From assembly GCA_001724265.1 (NCBI GenBank), contig MEDY01000041.1:1-64000 (forward strand): a stretch of DNA of 64,000 nucleotides, read 5' to 3'. This document shows positions 63,915 through 64,000 of this stretch, one piece after another. The notes under the pieces were generated by a model. That model saw nothing but the letters and a program-made list of their open reading frames with translations. It did no database searches and had not been told where the DNA came from. The first letter of the stretch is position 1; each line of letters starts with the position of its first letter. The stretch comes from Rhizaria sp. SCN 62-66. Taxonomy: Eukaryota. The position numbers were made by a program, and so were the translations under genes.

Positions 63915-64000
63915 CTAAGTTAGGCAGAATCGAGTGCACACAGAGCAGGAATGAGATTGTGGACAAATTCAGATCGTGGCGTTTGTACACACAACATATA

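Overview
Gene-dense nuclear DNA of a microbial eukaryote. Exons are very GC-rich; intergenic spacers and spliceosomal introns are short and AT-rich (donors mostly GTACGN, acceptors YAG). I can support about 17 protein genes after splicing them by eye: SRP68, an LCM-type SAM methyltransferase, U2AF1, VPS60/CHMP5, the mRNA cap N7 methyltransferase, TRM5, an otubain-like deubiquitinase, BET1, RAD51C, CCT1, NFU1, an ABCA transporter, a RING-H2 ligase, a 3865-aa SPRY/IQ protein and several unknowns. Most proteins are inflated by Ala/Gly/Ser/Asn-rich inserts. The main finding is that TAG appears to be a sense codon here while TAA and TGA are stops. An in-frame TAG separates the conserved N-terminal domain of RAD51C from its ATPase core. 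The TRM5 TAG is followed by 51 coding-like codons to a TAA. A third TAG sits in a putative exon at the window end. The other 16 gene models all end in TGA (13) or TAA (3). This suggests a nuclear code in which UAG and UAA have different meanings (UAG = Gln is my guess), but base-call errors or nonsense alleles cannot be excluded from this window alone. No rRNA, tRNA, CRISPR or mobile element was recognised.
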